From: Fidelibacterota bacterium
Lineage (GTDB): Bacteria; Fidelibacterota; UBA2242
Reading direction: 5' to 3'
Length of the DNA: 64,000 nucleotides
Assembly (NCBI GenBank): GCA_049975265.1
Contig: JBNGDF010000003.1
Coordinates: 32,001 to 96,000 of the forward strand
Made by a program: the position numbers and the translations under genes. Numbering within the stretch: the stretch's first letter is position 1; every line of letters starts with the position of its first letter. The notes under the pieces were generated by a model. That model searched no databases. It saw nothing but the letters and a program-made list of their open reading frames with translations, and had not been told where the DNA came from. Below, piece by piece: positions 1 to 10,360 of the stretch.

Positions 1-1157
1 GCACCGAGTGGAAGATGATGCCCTCTTTCAGTCCCTCGATAATGCGATTGTCATCACCATCATCAGCGCCGATATAGGCTTTGAATACCTCGTGATAGCG
101 GCGTTCCAGATAATGTGGAAAGTTCCGGCAGTGCGGGTCTCGTTGACGGAAATATTTTGTAATTGTCGAATCGCGGCTCCACTCTGTCAGTTCTGCTAAG
201 TTTCCGAGGTAGAGAGCGGAATGTGGCTAGAAGCCGGGAATTCCGAGATTGGTCATGCGCCACTCGCCCCGCTCCAATATGATGTCGCCCGGCTGTGCCA
301 GTTCGATGAATTCAAGACACTGGCGGTTGCTGATAAATCCCTCCTTGCGGGTCGTAAAACGCGTATGTGCCATGAAGAGGGCGACGCTTTTCTGTAGCGG
401 GAACACCGATTTCCGAGAGCCATCTTTGATTGTATCCAGATAATTTGCCAGCAGCAGCGATATGTGTCTGGTATGCGTAGTTGCGACAGCTGCGCGATAA
501 TTCGTATCGATTATGGGATATAGAAAATGATAATCGTCATTGAAATTACCGTAGCGATCCTTCAATGTCGTAAACCGGGCATAGCTCTGATGAATATTGG
601 TGATTCCGGGCAGGTTGAGGATATGCCATTTGAATTGGGAATAGAGATTTTTCGGCAGGTTGTATTCAGGCATTGGTTCGTCCAACAGAATTTCGAAGGG
701 GGGCAATAAAAGCGGTGTTTTCCAGAAAGTAGAGTCCGGTGGAATAGAGCAACATATCGGCGCTGAAGCTGACCAGAAAGGCATCATCACGGTAGCAGGG
801 CTCGACTTTCTGATAATCCTGATACTCCACCATGATTTTCGTTAATTCTAACAGCTGATCCAGGTATTGGATCCAGATTTCACGGATTTCCTGCCGCTGA
901 GGTCTGCTCAGAACTGACGGTGTTTGCGATTGAAAAGCGGCAAAGTAGTTCTCCGCCTGTCGGTTGATATGGATGATGTTTTGATGAATTAACAGGATCA
1001 GGCGGGCGTCGGTGTGGATTTTTTCCGCCAGTTCAGTGCTGTTCAGGCGACCGATATCCCGGAAATCCTGCTGAACGAAGGGGCGACTACAGGCGGTCGT
1101 CAGGCAGGCGAGGAGTAGAAGCGCTAACGACTGATTAATCGGAAATTTAGAAACCAT
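1..1157 (-). pseudogene. YiiX/YebB-like permuted papain (NlpC/P60 superfamily) lipoprotein, interrupted by a frameshift and an in-frame TAG; runs off the window edge
   Basis: ORF 666..1157 has a signal peptide with lipobox (LLLACLTTAC). ORF 227..790 continues it in another frame across a C6 tract (plus G6 at 698-703) and carries 'QPGDIILERGEWRMTNLGIPGF'. TAG at 227-229 is followed in frame by 'PHSALYLG...RIIEGLKEGIIF', matching the family's 'PGFWxHxALYxG...IE...GV' pattern. Confidence 0.75.
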
Positions 1158-1204
1158 AAATCAGGAAATATCTGTCCGGCAACATAAAGAATAAGCGATT
1201 ATTT

Positions 1205-1882
1205 TTATAGAAAGATATAGGCAAGCAAAACGGCGACCACCAGACCGGGCAGCATGTTGATGACCTTTAACGACTTGATTTCCAGAATGTTGATGCCAAG
1301 ACCGATCAGCATCAGACCGCCGACAGCAGTCATTTCATTGAGCACTACGTCTCTGAAAAACTCGCCCAGCCAGCCGGCAAAGAGTGTCAGACCGCCCTGG
1401 TAGAACAGGAGTGGAATCGTGGAAAAGGCGACACCAATTCCCAGTCCGGCTGCCAGCGCGATCGAGGCGAATCCGTCCAGAATCGATTTGGCGTAGAGCA
1501 AATTCGGCGGATTGCCCATGCCCTCCTCAAATGCTCCCAAAATAGTCATGGAACCCATACAGAAGAGCAGAAAGGCAGCCACCAGACCTTCGGAAAATTT
1601 TTCGTTCTGCAGCCCGAGTCTGCCTTTGAGTCGCTGGCTGAATATGTCGAGAGCGTGATCGAGAGTGAGCCATTGTCCGATAATCGAACCTGCCACAAGA
1701 CTGAAAATCAGAATCAGGTAGTTGGCGGTTTTGGCTGCCATGGTAAATCCAAGAAACAGCGTGAACAGACCGATTGCCTGAAAGACAATGGTGACAATCT
1801 TTTCCGGTAACCTGCGATGGAACAGGAGACCGATAGTGCTGCCCACCAGGACAGCACCGATATTGACAAACGTTCCGAGCAT
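1205..1882 (-). CDS. DUF554 family integral membrane protein
   Basis: Motifs 'MLGTFVNIGAVLVGS', 'LLFCMGSMTILG', 'KSILDGFASI', 'KVINMLP'; multiple TM segments. Confidence 0.9.
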   Translation of the reverse strand: MLGTFVNIGAVLVGSTIGLLFHRRLPEKIVTIVFQAIGLFTLFLGFTMAAKTANYLILIFSLVAGSIIGQWLTLDHALDIFSQRLKGRLGLQNEKFSEGLVAAFLLFCMGSMTILGAFEEGMGNPPNLLYAKSILDGFASIALAAGLGIGVAFSTIPLLFYQGGLTLFAGWLGEFFRDVVLNEMTAVGGLMLIGLGINILEIKSLKVINMLPGLVVAVLLAYIFL

Positions 1883-1885
1883 GGA

Positions 1886-2080
1886 TTATTCGGGTTTGCC
1901 TTCGGGGATGATGACCCAGCCGATGAGATAGGTGATAACCAGAGGAGCCACACCGGTGGCAATTGTTGCAAAGATCATCAGCAGGCGAATGATGGTGGGA
2001 TCGATATTGAACATTTCTCCCAGACCGCCGCAAATACCCGCCAGTTTGACATCCGTTTTTGAGCGATAAATTCTTTTCAT
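1886..2080 (-). CDS. PspC domain-containing protein
   Basis: 'KRIYRSKTDVKLAGICGGLGEMFNIDPTIIRL...YLIGWVIIPE'; GGAG SD upstream. Confidence 0.92.
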   Translation of the reverse strand: MKRIYRSKTDVKLAGICGGLGEMFNIDPTIIRLLMIFATIATGVAPLVITYLIGWVIIPEGKPE

Positions 2081-2244
2081 CCCAGATTCTCCTTCCTTGA
2101 TAAAACATAGTAAAAATACACACGCTGTTAGAGTTAGACAACAGTTAAAATCGTTGTCATGCCAAGCCTGATTGCTCCGCTAATGTGATGACGGTAACAA
2201 TCCACTGTCAACTTACGCTGCTCCCCTGTCTCCAGAATTTTTTC

Positions 2245-2261
2245 TTTTGATATTATCAAAA
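2245..2261. promoter_or_regulatory. 17-bp palindrome TTTTGATA-T-TATCAAAA, candidate operator in a divergent promoter region
   Basis: Perfect 8-1-8 inverted repeat between the PspC gene (-) and the yhhN operon (+). Confidence 0.4.
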
Positions 2262-2353
2262 TTTGTAGAAATTTACCGTTACTGTGACAGCTGTAATGTT
2301 TCCAAATACCGCGCTTCGAGTCTGGATGAACGACGGGAAAGGTGGGGGTAACA

Positions 2354-3025
2354 ATGCTTGATATCAGGGTACTAATCGTCGGATTGTTGGTTGTGACGGT
2401 GGTCTGTTTAATCCGTGCCGAGCTGCGTGGTAACCGACGGCAGATCCGCTTTTTCAAACCGGTTGCTACCATTTTGGTTATTTCGGTTGTCGCAACGGCG
2501 ATGCTGTCCGGGCGTCAGATGTCGGCAGGGTATTCCATATTCATCATGGCGGGACTGCTTTTCTCATTGGGGGGTGATGTCGCGCTTATTTTTCAGGAAG
2601 ATTCACGGGCGTTTCGCCTTGGTCTGGTGCTGTTCCTGGCGGCTCACATTATGTATATATACAGTTTTATCAATTTTTCAGGGGCAACAAAGCTGCCGGT
2701 CGGCAGTACGCTGATTCTGGCACTGCTGGGGGCGATCGTCTATGCGGTCTTGTACCCGCATCTGGGACGACTGAAAGTTCCCGTTTTTATATATGTATTG
2801 GTGATCAGTTACATGGTGAATCGGGCGATTGCGTCGCATTTCAGCCCGGTGTTCAGCGTCCAGCAGGCGTGGCAGATCAGTATCGGGGCGGTTCTGTTTT
2901 ATTTCTCAGATTTAATGCTGGCGTTGAATCGCTTTGGTTATCCCTTCCGCTATCATCGGATCAGTCTGGTCTTTTACTATGGCGGACAGCTGGGCATTGC
3001 ACTGAGCACGTTTGGACCTACATAG
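2354..3025 (+). CDS. yhhN: YhhN/TMEM86 family lysoplasmalogenase
   Basis: 'FFKP', 'GLLFSLGGDVAL', 'GLVLFLAAHIMY', 'GAVLFYFSDLMLALNRF', 'YYGGQLGIA'; start set at ATG 2354. Confidence 0.88.
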   Translation: MLDIRVLIVGLLVVTVVCLIRAELRGNRRQIRFFKPVATILVISVVATAMLSGRQMSAGYSIFIMAGLLFSLGGDVALIFQEDSRAFRLGLVLFLAAHIMYIYSFINFSGATKLPVGSTLILALLGAIVYAVLYPHLGRLKVPVFIYVLVISYMVNRAIASHFSPVFSVQQAWQISIGAVLFYFSDLMLALNRFGYPFRYHRISLVFYYGGQLGIALSTFGPT

Positions 3026-3034
3026 GAGTGAAAT

Positions 3035-3868
3035 ATGATTTATCATCACGGTACTTTTCAAAGTTATGACGCCGGAGAGCTGTTTGAACAAGCCTGGATG
3101 CCGAATGACCAGCCCCGCGCCGTTTTACTACTGGTTCATGGTTTGGGTGAACACAGCGGGCGGTATGAACATGTGGCGGAATATTTTACCTCAAAAGGCA
3201 TCGGAATCGAGACAATTGACCTGCGCGGGCATGGTAAATCGGACGGACGCCGGGCGTATGTGGACTCCTTTGACGATTACCTTCGGGACCTGGATGTTTT
3301 CTATAAACGGGCGCAGGAACGCCATTATGAAGCCCCGCTATTTCTTTATGGTCACAGCATGGGTGGTACGATTGCAGCGCTTTATATAATTACCCGCCAG
3401 CCGGAATTCAAGGGACTGATCTTGAGCGGTATTCTGTTGAAGATGGGCGCTGATATCTCTCCGCTGCTGATCAAAATGGCGGCAATCGTGGGGAAATATG
3501 CACCCAAAATGAAAACCACCAAACTGGATTCCGCCTCGATCTCCAGGGATCCCGAGATTGTTCGAGATTACGACGAGGATCCTCTCAATTACCGGGAGGG
3601 TTTTCCGGCGCGAACCGGCTATGAGTCGATTCTCGCCGCTCAACGGATCCTGACACAAACGGAGAGCCTTACGTTACCGATACTGATCATGCACGGTTCC
3701 GCCGATAAAATCACCAATCCCGAGGGCAGTCGGGAACTTTATGAGGGCGTCCATTCGACGGATAAGACCCTGAAGTTCTATGATGGTTTTTACCATGAAA
3801 TCCACAACGATCCGGAAAAGGAGAGGGTTTTTTCCGATATATTCCATTGGCTCGAATTACATATATGA
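3035..3868 (+). CDS. Lysophospholipase / monoacylglycerol lipase (alpha/beta hydrolase)
   Basis: 'VHGLGEHSGRY', 'DLRGHGKS', nucleophile elbow 'GHSMGG', 'HGSADKIT', 'YHEIHND'. Confidence 0.9.
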   Translation: MIYHHGTFQSYDAGELFEQAWMPNDQPRAVLLLVHGLGEHSGRYEHVAEYFTSKGIGIETIDLRGHGKSDGRRAYVDSFDDYLRDLDVFYKRAQERHYEAPLFLYGHSMGGTIAALYIITRQPEFKGLILSGILLKMGADISPLLIKMAAIVGKYAPKMKTTKLDSASISRDPEIVRDYDEDPLNYREGFPARTGYESILAAQRILTQTESLTLPILIMHGSADKITNPEGSRELYEGVHSTDKTLKFYDGFYHEIHNDPEKERVFSDIFHWLELHI

Positions 3869-3937
3869 ACCTGTTGTCTAATTCTTTTCCGGGCATAATT
3901 ACAGATTGTATCTATTTTATGTGGTGCACGAAGTAAG

Positions 3938-5602
3938 ATGATTGGCATGGTACTGCGCTTTGTGGGTTCCATTGGTGTGTTCCTGTTCGGAATGCGGATC
4001 ATGAGTGAAGGCATTCAGAAACTGGCTGGCGACCGGTTACAGACGGCACTGAATTACATGACGACCAACCGTATTATCGCCGTACTAACCGGCTTTCTGG
4101 TTACCGGTGTGATTCAATCTTCCTCGGCAACGACGGTAATGGTGGTCGGTTTTGCCAATGCCGGTTTATTAAATCTGACGCAGGCGATTGGCGTGATCAT
4201 GGGTGCCAATATTGGGACGACGGTGACCACCTGGATTGTCTCATTTATGGGCTTTAAAGTGGATATCGTGTCCTTTGCATTGCCGATCGTTGGTATCGGT
4301 TTTCCATTTTTATTGAGCAAAAGCTGGAGACGTCGTGATTATGGCGAAATGCTGGTCGGTTTGGGCTTGCTGTTTCTGGGACTCGGTTTTCTGAAGAATG
4401 CTGTTCCTGATATCAATGAAGAAGCGCTTATTTTTCTGGAAAAATTCTCGAATCTGGGATTTGCCTCGTTTATTGTCTTTGTTCTGGTGGGTACGGTATT
4501 AACGTTTCTTCTGGAATCCTCGAGCGCCGCTATGGCGATCACCGTCACACTGGCATTTAAGGGGTATATTAATTTTGAATCGGCGGCGGCAATCTGTTTG
4601 GGTGAGAATATCGGTACGACAATAAAGGTCTTTCTGGTGTCGCTGGGTACTGGAGTGAATGCCCGGCGCGCCGCCCGCTCGCATTTTTTCTTTAATTTTC
4701 TCGGAGTTGTCTGGATGGCGGTTGTCTTTCGCCATTTTTGCGATTTTGTTCTCTGGATTGCTCCCTGGGACAGTGCGCTGCAGGCAAATTTGCCGTTGAA
4801 CCTGGCTCTGTTTCACTCCGTGTTTAACGTGACCAACACCCTGCTGTTTCTGCCATTTCTCAATATTTTTGCAAAGTATATTGAAAAAATTATAAAGCCG
4901 ACGGAAATTGATAAATATCGGCATTATCAGCTGCGCTATCTCAGTGCCGGTCTTCAGGAGTCGGCGCAATTGAACATCCTGAACGCCCGCACGGAGGTTA
5001 ACAGAATGGGTGATGTGATCACCAGGACGTGTAAAATTTGTCAGAGCACCCTGATTCAAACGGACCGAAAAATTGATGCCAGTGTTGAAGAAATCAGGGA
5101 GCTGGAAGAGCTGACCGATCAGATGCAGGAGGAAATCTCAAAATATCTCGTGCAGCTCTATAAGGATGATCTCTCAGAATCAAACGTCATTGTCGTAAAT
5201 GGCATGATGCGGGTTGTTCACGAGCTGAAAAGTATCGGTGACTCCATTTACAATCTGGTGATTTTAATGAAGCGTAAAGCGACTAAATCGATCAGGTTTG
5301 ATGCCCACGCCGAGGAGGAATTACGCGACTATGCCGCCCTGCTCGGTAACTTTATTGAGATGGTGAAGAGAAATCTCACGGAGCAGATTGATAATGCGGA
5401 ACTGAAGAAAGCCTAAGCTCTGGAACAACAGGTGAACGATCGGCGCTATTCGCTGAGCAAAGCTTCCCGAAAGCGTCTGCAAAAGGGTGCCAATGTCCGC
5501 GCCGAACTTCTCTTCATCGATATGGTTCAATGTTATGAGAATATCGGCGATAATTCCCTGAATATCGCCCAGGCACTGTGTCAAATTGGAAATCATAAAT
5601 GA
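3938..5602 (+). pseudogene. Na+/Pi cotransporter (NptA/YjbB family) with PhoU-like C-terminal domains; internal in-frame TAA at 5414-5416
   Basis: 'QSSSATTVMVVGF', 'GANIGTT', 'GENIGTT' repeats. After the TAA the frame continues 61 codons ('ALEQQVNDRR...ELLFIDMVQCYENIGDNSLNIAQAL') to TGA 5600-5602, 9 nt before glpK. Confidence 0.8.
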
Positions 5603-5611
5603 GGAACCATC

Positions 5612-7063
5612 ATGTATATTCTGGCGATTGATCAGGGAACCACGGGGACCCGTTCGGTTCTGTTTGACCGGGCAGGAAAAATGGTGGCTTCCCAATACAA
5701 AGAATTGACCCAAATTTACCCGAAACCCGGGTGGGTTGAACACGATCCCATGGAGATCTGGCAGTCGGTTCGGGATACGGCGACAGAGTTGTGCGCAGAT
5801 TACCGGGGTAAAGTGGTGGCGGTTGGGATTACCAATCAACGGGAAACGACAGTGGTTTGGGATCGTAACACCGGTCAGCCGGTATATAATGCCATCGTCT
5901 GGCAATGCCGGCGTACCTCGGCAATGTGTGCGAAATTAGCCGTCCATGAAGCGATGTTCAGGGAGAGAACCGGGTTGCCGGCAGACGCCTATTTCAGTGG
6001 GACGAAAATCCGCTGGATTCTGGATCATATCGACCGCCCGGAGACCGATGATTTACTGTTCGGGACGATCGATTCCTGGCTGATCTGGAATTTGACCAAT
6101 GGCAAGATTCATGCTACAGATTTTACCAATGCCTCCCGCACACTCCTGTACAATATTGTTGAGAAACGCTGGGATGCGGAATGTCTCCGGATGGTCGGTG
6201 TGCCGGAATCCCTGCTGCCGAAGGTTCAATACTCCATGGATGATTTTGGGCAGGTTGAAACCATTGCCTGTCTCAAAGGTGTCCCGATCTGCGGAGTAGC
6301 CGGCGATCAGCAGGCGGCGCTTTTCGGACAGGGCTGTGTGGAGCGCGGCAGTATTAAAAATACTTATGGAACCGGCTGCTTTGTGGTAATGAATCTCGGT
6401 GACGAATTTCAACTGTCCGCTCAAGGTTTGCTGACAACGCTGGCGATCAGTCGGCAGGGAAAACCCTCTTACGCTTTTGAGGGATCGATTTTTATTGCCG
6501 GAGCGGTGATTCAGTGGTTACGTGATGAAATGCGACTAATTGACAGCGCTGCCGACAGCGAAGAGATTGCACGAAAGGTTACTGATAACAACGAGGTCTA
6601 TATTGTGCCGGCATTTGTGGGGCTGGGTGCACCACACTGGGATATGGCGGCACGGGGCATCATCACGGGTTTGACCCGCGGTACCAATCGTAATCATATT
6701 GTACGGGCAGCGTTGGAATCCATCGCTTACCAAAGTCACGATGTTCTGCAGGTCATGGAGACGGAGAGCGGAATTTCGGTGCAGGAATTGGTGGTGGACG
6801 GCGGGGCGGTTGCCAATAATTTACTGATGCAGTTTCAGGCGGATATAATCAACCGTCCGGTAGTACGACCCAAAGTGACGGAATCGACCTCACTGGGCGC
6901 TGCCTACTTAGCCGGTCTGACAGCGGGATTCTGGTCAAATCTTGAGGAATTACGGAAACGGAAGCAGATTGATCGCCGTTTTGAGCCGCAGATGACAGCG
7001 CCGCTCAGGCGAAAAAATTTGGCAGGCTGGCAAAAAGCGCTGCGGCAGGCATTAACAAAGTAG
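5612..7063 (+). CDS. glpK: Glycerol kinase
   Basis: 'LAIDQGTTGTR', 'GITNQRETTVVW', 'AGDQQAALFGQ', 'KNTYGTGCF', 'PAFVGLGAPHW'. Confidence 0.97.
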   Translation: MYILAIDQGTTGTRSVLFDRAGKMVASQYKELTQIYPKPGWVEHDPMEIWQSVRDTATELCADYRGKVVAVGITNQRETTVVWDRNTGQPVYNAIVWQCRRTSAMCAKLAVHEAMFRERTGLPADAYFSGTKIRWILDHIDRPETDDLLFGTIDSWLIWNLTNGKIHATDFTNASRTLLYNIVEKRWDAECLRMVGVPESLLPKVQYSMDDFGQVETIACLKGVPICGVAGDQQAALFGQGCVERGSIKNTYGTGCFVVMNLGDEFQLSAQGLLTTLAISRQGKPSYAFEGSIFIAGAVIQWLRDEMRLIDSAADSEEIARKVTDNNEVYIVPAFVGLGAPHWDMAARGIITGLTRGTNRNHIVRAALESIAYQSHDVLQVMETESGISVQELVVDGGAVANNLLMQFQADIINRPVVRPKVTESTSLGAAYLAGLTAGFWSNLEELRKRKQIDRRFEPQMTAPLRRKNLAGWQKALRQALTK

Positions 7064-7125
7064 AATATGTTTGAGTGACCGTTCCCAAGGTCACGTCCGT
7101 GAACCCTACGCAACTCTCCCGGAGT

Positions 7126-8496
7126 TTATTTTTCCGTGTGAAATTTAATCGCCCGTATGATGGATTGTTGACATACCGGGCAAAAGTCCACGAGGCTTTT
7201 CGAGAACATTTTACAGTCGAGGTAGGGGCGGTACTGTCCCGTTGAAACATAACCGGCGCCTTCGAAGGCACCGACCTTACCCCAGTATTCCTGCTGACGG
7301 AGAAATCGGCTTCGTGCCTCCTGATTTTTGTAGGGAATGGCGTCAAACTCGGCTTTATTCCACGGGGTCGGGACCGGTACGCCAGGTTCGATCAGAGCTT
7401 TCCACTTGATCGTTTCCGGATTTGCATTGGGAGTGATGTTAGGTTCCCAGGGCTCTGCATCCAGTGGATAGAATTCGTTGTAAGCGATGTCGGAGCTGTA
7501 ATATTCGTCGGCAAGACCGCCGAAAGCGTGCCCGAATTCATGGACGAACACATAATCGGACCACCAGGCGTTTTCGTCGGCGCTATCATGGGTGTAGCAG
7601 GTAGAATAGAGATTATAGATCCCGCCGCCGCCGTATTTATTGCTGTTGACAATAAAGTAGAGCTGATCATAGGGGGCATTGGCAGCGATATCACGAATCT
7701 GTCTGTTATCGAATGCCAGAATATAGCGATCGGAATCGAAAGAGTTGTATGTCAGACCGAAAGCCGATTTGACAAAGGTGTTTTTCCGGGGATCGTCGAT
7801 ACCCGATTCATCTGACGGAACTTCGAGGTACCAGACATTGAAACGATCCCGGTACTGATCGAAGGGCGGAGATTCAAACAATACCGTCATAAAATGCTTG
7901 ACATCTCCGCGAAATTTGCGCATCTCTTTTTTAGTATACCCTTCCGGAAGCAGCAGGATATCGACTTTTTCATGGGGTGAACCGTTTTTCATGTAGGCTT
8001 TGCGTTTGAAACCGGAAGGCGGTTTATCACGCCGGATCGATCGGGAGGCGGGATCGATATCAGCCTCAAATTCTGCTTCGAATTCTCCCTGCCGGTTCCG
8101 GGAACAGTGGACAAACCGGATCGGTTGCTTTGGATACGGTATCAATACGGATGCCGAAAAGCTTCGATATGTGCCGGTGGCGGCTTCATCGGTGGTTTGC
8201 CATTCCTGAAACAGACTGCTGAAGCCTTTTGAAAAAATCAGGATATTGGTCTGTTTGTCATAAATTTCTACCTTGTGATTGCCGTAATTCAGGGTGTCAA
8301 TCAGATTGTGAATATTCCCAGCCCAGACCGGCTCCTCTTTAATCTGGTCGAGTGAGATGATGGTTACCCCTTTTGCCCCGGTAAAATAGTAGTCAATTCG
8401 CATGGTTTTATCGTGGAAATATTGCTGAAAATCAGGGCTGGTTTTCGCTGCCAGTGAAAGGCTCACTGTCATTATCCAGAAAAGAATTTGTTTCAT
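7126..8496 (-). CDS. Secreted peptidase M64 (IgA peptidase family) with N-terminal domain
   Basis: Signal peptide; 'KTMRIDYYFTG'; 'YGGGGIYNLYS'; zinc motif 'HEFGHAFGGLADEY'; 'FEGAGY...YRP..DCKM...FCPVCQ'. Confidence 0.92.
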   Translation of the reverse strand: MKQILFWIMTVSLSLAAKTSPDFQQYFHDKTMRIDYYFTGAKGVTIISLDQIKEEPVWAGNIHNLIDTLNYGNHKVEIYDKQTNILIFSKGFSSLFQEWQTTDEAATGTYRSFSASVLIPYPKQPIRFVHCSRNRQGEFEAEFEADIDPASRSIRRDKPPSGFKRKAYMKNGSPHEKVDILLLPEGYTKKEMRKFRGDVKHFMTVLFESPPFDQYRDRFNVWYLEVPSDESGIDDPRKNTFVKSAFGLTYNSFDSDRYILAFDNRQIRDIAANAPYDQLYFIVNSNKYGGGGIYNLYSTCYTHDSADENAWWSDYVFVHEFGHAFGGLADEYYSSDIAYNEFYPLDAEPWEPNITPNANPETIKWKALIEPGVPVPTPWNKAEFDAIPYKNQEARSRFLRQQEYWGKVGAFEGAGYVSTGQYRPYLDCKMFSKSLVDFCPVCQQSIIRAIKFHTEK

Positions 8497-8671
8497 TGCT
8501 GCTCCCATAAATTTCTGGAAAGTTAGATATTTAGTGGCAAATTATCAAGATGGTTTATGGTATTTGTTGACACAATTCATATATAAAAGGCATTAAGACA
8601 GCCGCAACAAATCGCAGCAATTTCTTGTTTGAACAGTCGCTGTTCTTTAAATTTGAAAAACTGAACTGGTC

Positions 8672-9331
8672 ATGATCTCCTTTATCAATGTCACATGTAG
8701 CTTTCGAAAAAACGCCGGCGTCAAAGACCTGAATTTTAGTATTGATGATGGTGAGTTTGTCTTTTTAACGGGTCCGTCGGGCGCCGGAAAATCGACGTTG
8801 CTGCGCTTGATTTATATGGATCTCTTCCCGGAGAAGGGACAGGTGTTGATCCGGGATTTTGACAGTCGTCGAATAAAGGAGCGGCAAATACCCTTTTTAC
8901 GTCGCAAAGTGGGTATGATATTTCAGGATTTTCAATTGCTTAAAGACCGTAATGTCTATCAAAACGTCGCGATTGCTCTCTATGCATCGCATTATAAAAC
9001 GCGGGAGATCAAGAGTCGGGTGTACGATATTCTGAATCAGGTTGGTCTGGGGCATCGGGTTCATCACAGAGCAACGGAGCTTTCCGGCGGTGAGCAGCAG
9101 CGGGTCGCCATTGCCCGGGCGCTGGTGAAGGAACCGATTGTCCTGCTGGCGGATGAGCCGACGGGTAATCTGGACCCGCGCGTCAGCATCGAGCTGATGA
9201 ATTTATTGCATAAGATTAATAAGAAGGGCACGGCGGTGATCGTGGCAACTCATAACTACAGCCTGATCAAACGGGTACCCGGTGCCCGGCTGATTCAGAT
9301 GAACGAAGGCGAGATTACGAGTATTACATGA
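8672..9331 (+). CDS. ftsE: Cell division ATP-binding protein FtsE
   Basis: Walker A GPSGAGKS, '[15 protein letters not shown]', '[14 protein letters not shown]', '[11 protein letters not shown]'; overlaps ftsX. Confidence 0.93.
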   Translation: MISFINVTCSFRKNAGVKDLNFSIDDGEFVFLTGPSGAGKSTLLRLIYMDLFPEKGQVLIRDFDSRRIKERQIPFLRRKVGMIFQDFQLLKDRNVYQNVAIALYASHYKTREIKSRVYDILNQVGLGHRVHHRATELSGGEQQRVAIARALVKEPIVLLADEPTGNLDPRVSIELMNLLHKINKKGTAVIVATHNYSLIKRVPGARLIQMNEGEITSIT

Positions 9332-10191
9332 CGGTTTTCTGGTTTCTTTTTAAAGAGGGTTTCAAGGGGCTTGTCCGCTCGAAGTACTCCGGCGCCTTCT
9401 CCATTATCATCATCGCAATCTCCATTATCATGGTGGGATTCGGATATATCATCGCCCGCGATACTCTCTTTGTTGTTGAAAATATCCGCTCCCAGTTTGA
9501 TGTGGATATATTTGTTATGGCGACCGCCAGCGAGCGCGACGTTGAGAATTTCCACCGGAAGTTACAGGAGATGAACGAGATTGACCAGGTGATGTATATC
9601 TCCCCGGAGATGGCGGCGGAAAAGTTTAAAAAAGAGTTCGGTGAGGATATTTTCGATATTCTGGATTATAATCCGCTGCCACCGTCTTTTACAATCAGTC
9701 TGAAACCACTCTACCGGAATCTGATGAGCGTAGAGGCGATTGCCAATATTCTCCAGCATGATCCGGTGGTCGATGAGGTTAAATACCGAAAAAACTTCCT
9801 TATTATTCTGGAAAAATATCAGCGCATCATTCTGATCGCCGTTCTGGTCGTATTTGCGGTACTGACGATCATTTCAATTATTCTGACATCCAATTCCATC
9901 AAGATGACGATCTTTGCGCGCCGGGACATTATTGCGACCCTGAAATTGATTGGCGCCACAAACCGTTTCGTGAAATTGCCGTTTGTCATCGAGGGCACCC
10001 TGGAAGGTGGGTTGGGCGCCCTGCTGGCTGGACTCATTATTTACGGTATCATTTATGTTCAGAATACCTATTTACAATCCTTTTTCGATTATCAGATCAT
10101 TGTCAGCTACCGCTACTATATTGCACTGTTGGTTCTAGGCCTGTTTTTGGGCTGGGTGGGCAGCCGGCGGGCGATTCGCAAATTTTTATAA
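9328..10191 (+). CDS. ftsX: Cell division permease FtsX
   Basis: 'NPLPPSF', 'NSIKMTIFARRDIIATLKLIGATNRFVKLPFVIEG'; 4 TM. Confidence 0.93.
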   Translation: MTVFWFLFKEGFKGLVRSKYSGAFSIIIIAISIIMVGFGYIIARDTLFVVENIRSQFDVDIFVMATASERDVENFHRKLQEMNEIDQVMYISPEMAAEKFKKEFGEDIFDILDYNPLPPSFTISLKPLYRNLMSVEAIANILQHDPVVDEVKYRKNFLIILEKYQRIILIAVLVVFAVLTIISIILTSNSIKMTIFARRDIIATLKLIGATNRFVKLPFVIEGTLEGGLGALLAGLIIYGIIYVQNTYLQSFFDYQIIVSYRYYIALLVLGLFLGWVGSRRAIRKFL

Positions 10192-10360
10192 CTGCCTTTA
10201 ACACTAATCCCGAAAAGAGTGGTCTTTTTGCTTGAATAAGCCTGACCGGACAACTATATTTTACGGCTTTGTAATAGACTGAATGCCAGAATGGCGGAAC
10301 CGGTTCGACGGATGGAAAGATTTAAATTAATGGTCGGTCATTTTGAATCGCCATTCTGAA

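Noticed and set aside
227..5416. Stop-codon reassignment (TAG or TAA read as sense) to explain the internal stops
   Set aside because: The two stops differ, and both TAG and TAA end many intact genes here (glpK and ftsZ TAG; grpE and pta TAA). No suppressor tRNA or pyl genes are visible.
10200..10230. Possible CIRCE element upstream of grpE
   Set aside because: 'ACACTAATCCCGAAAAGAGTGG' does not fit TTAGCACTC-N9-GAGTGCTAA.
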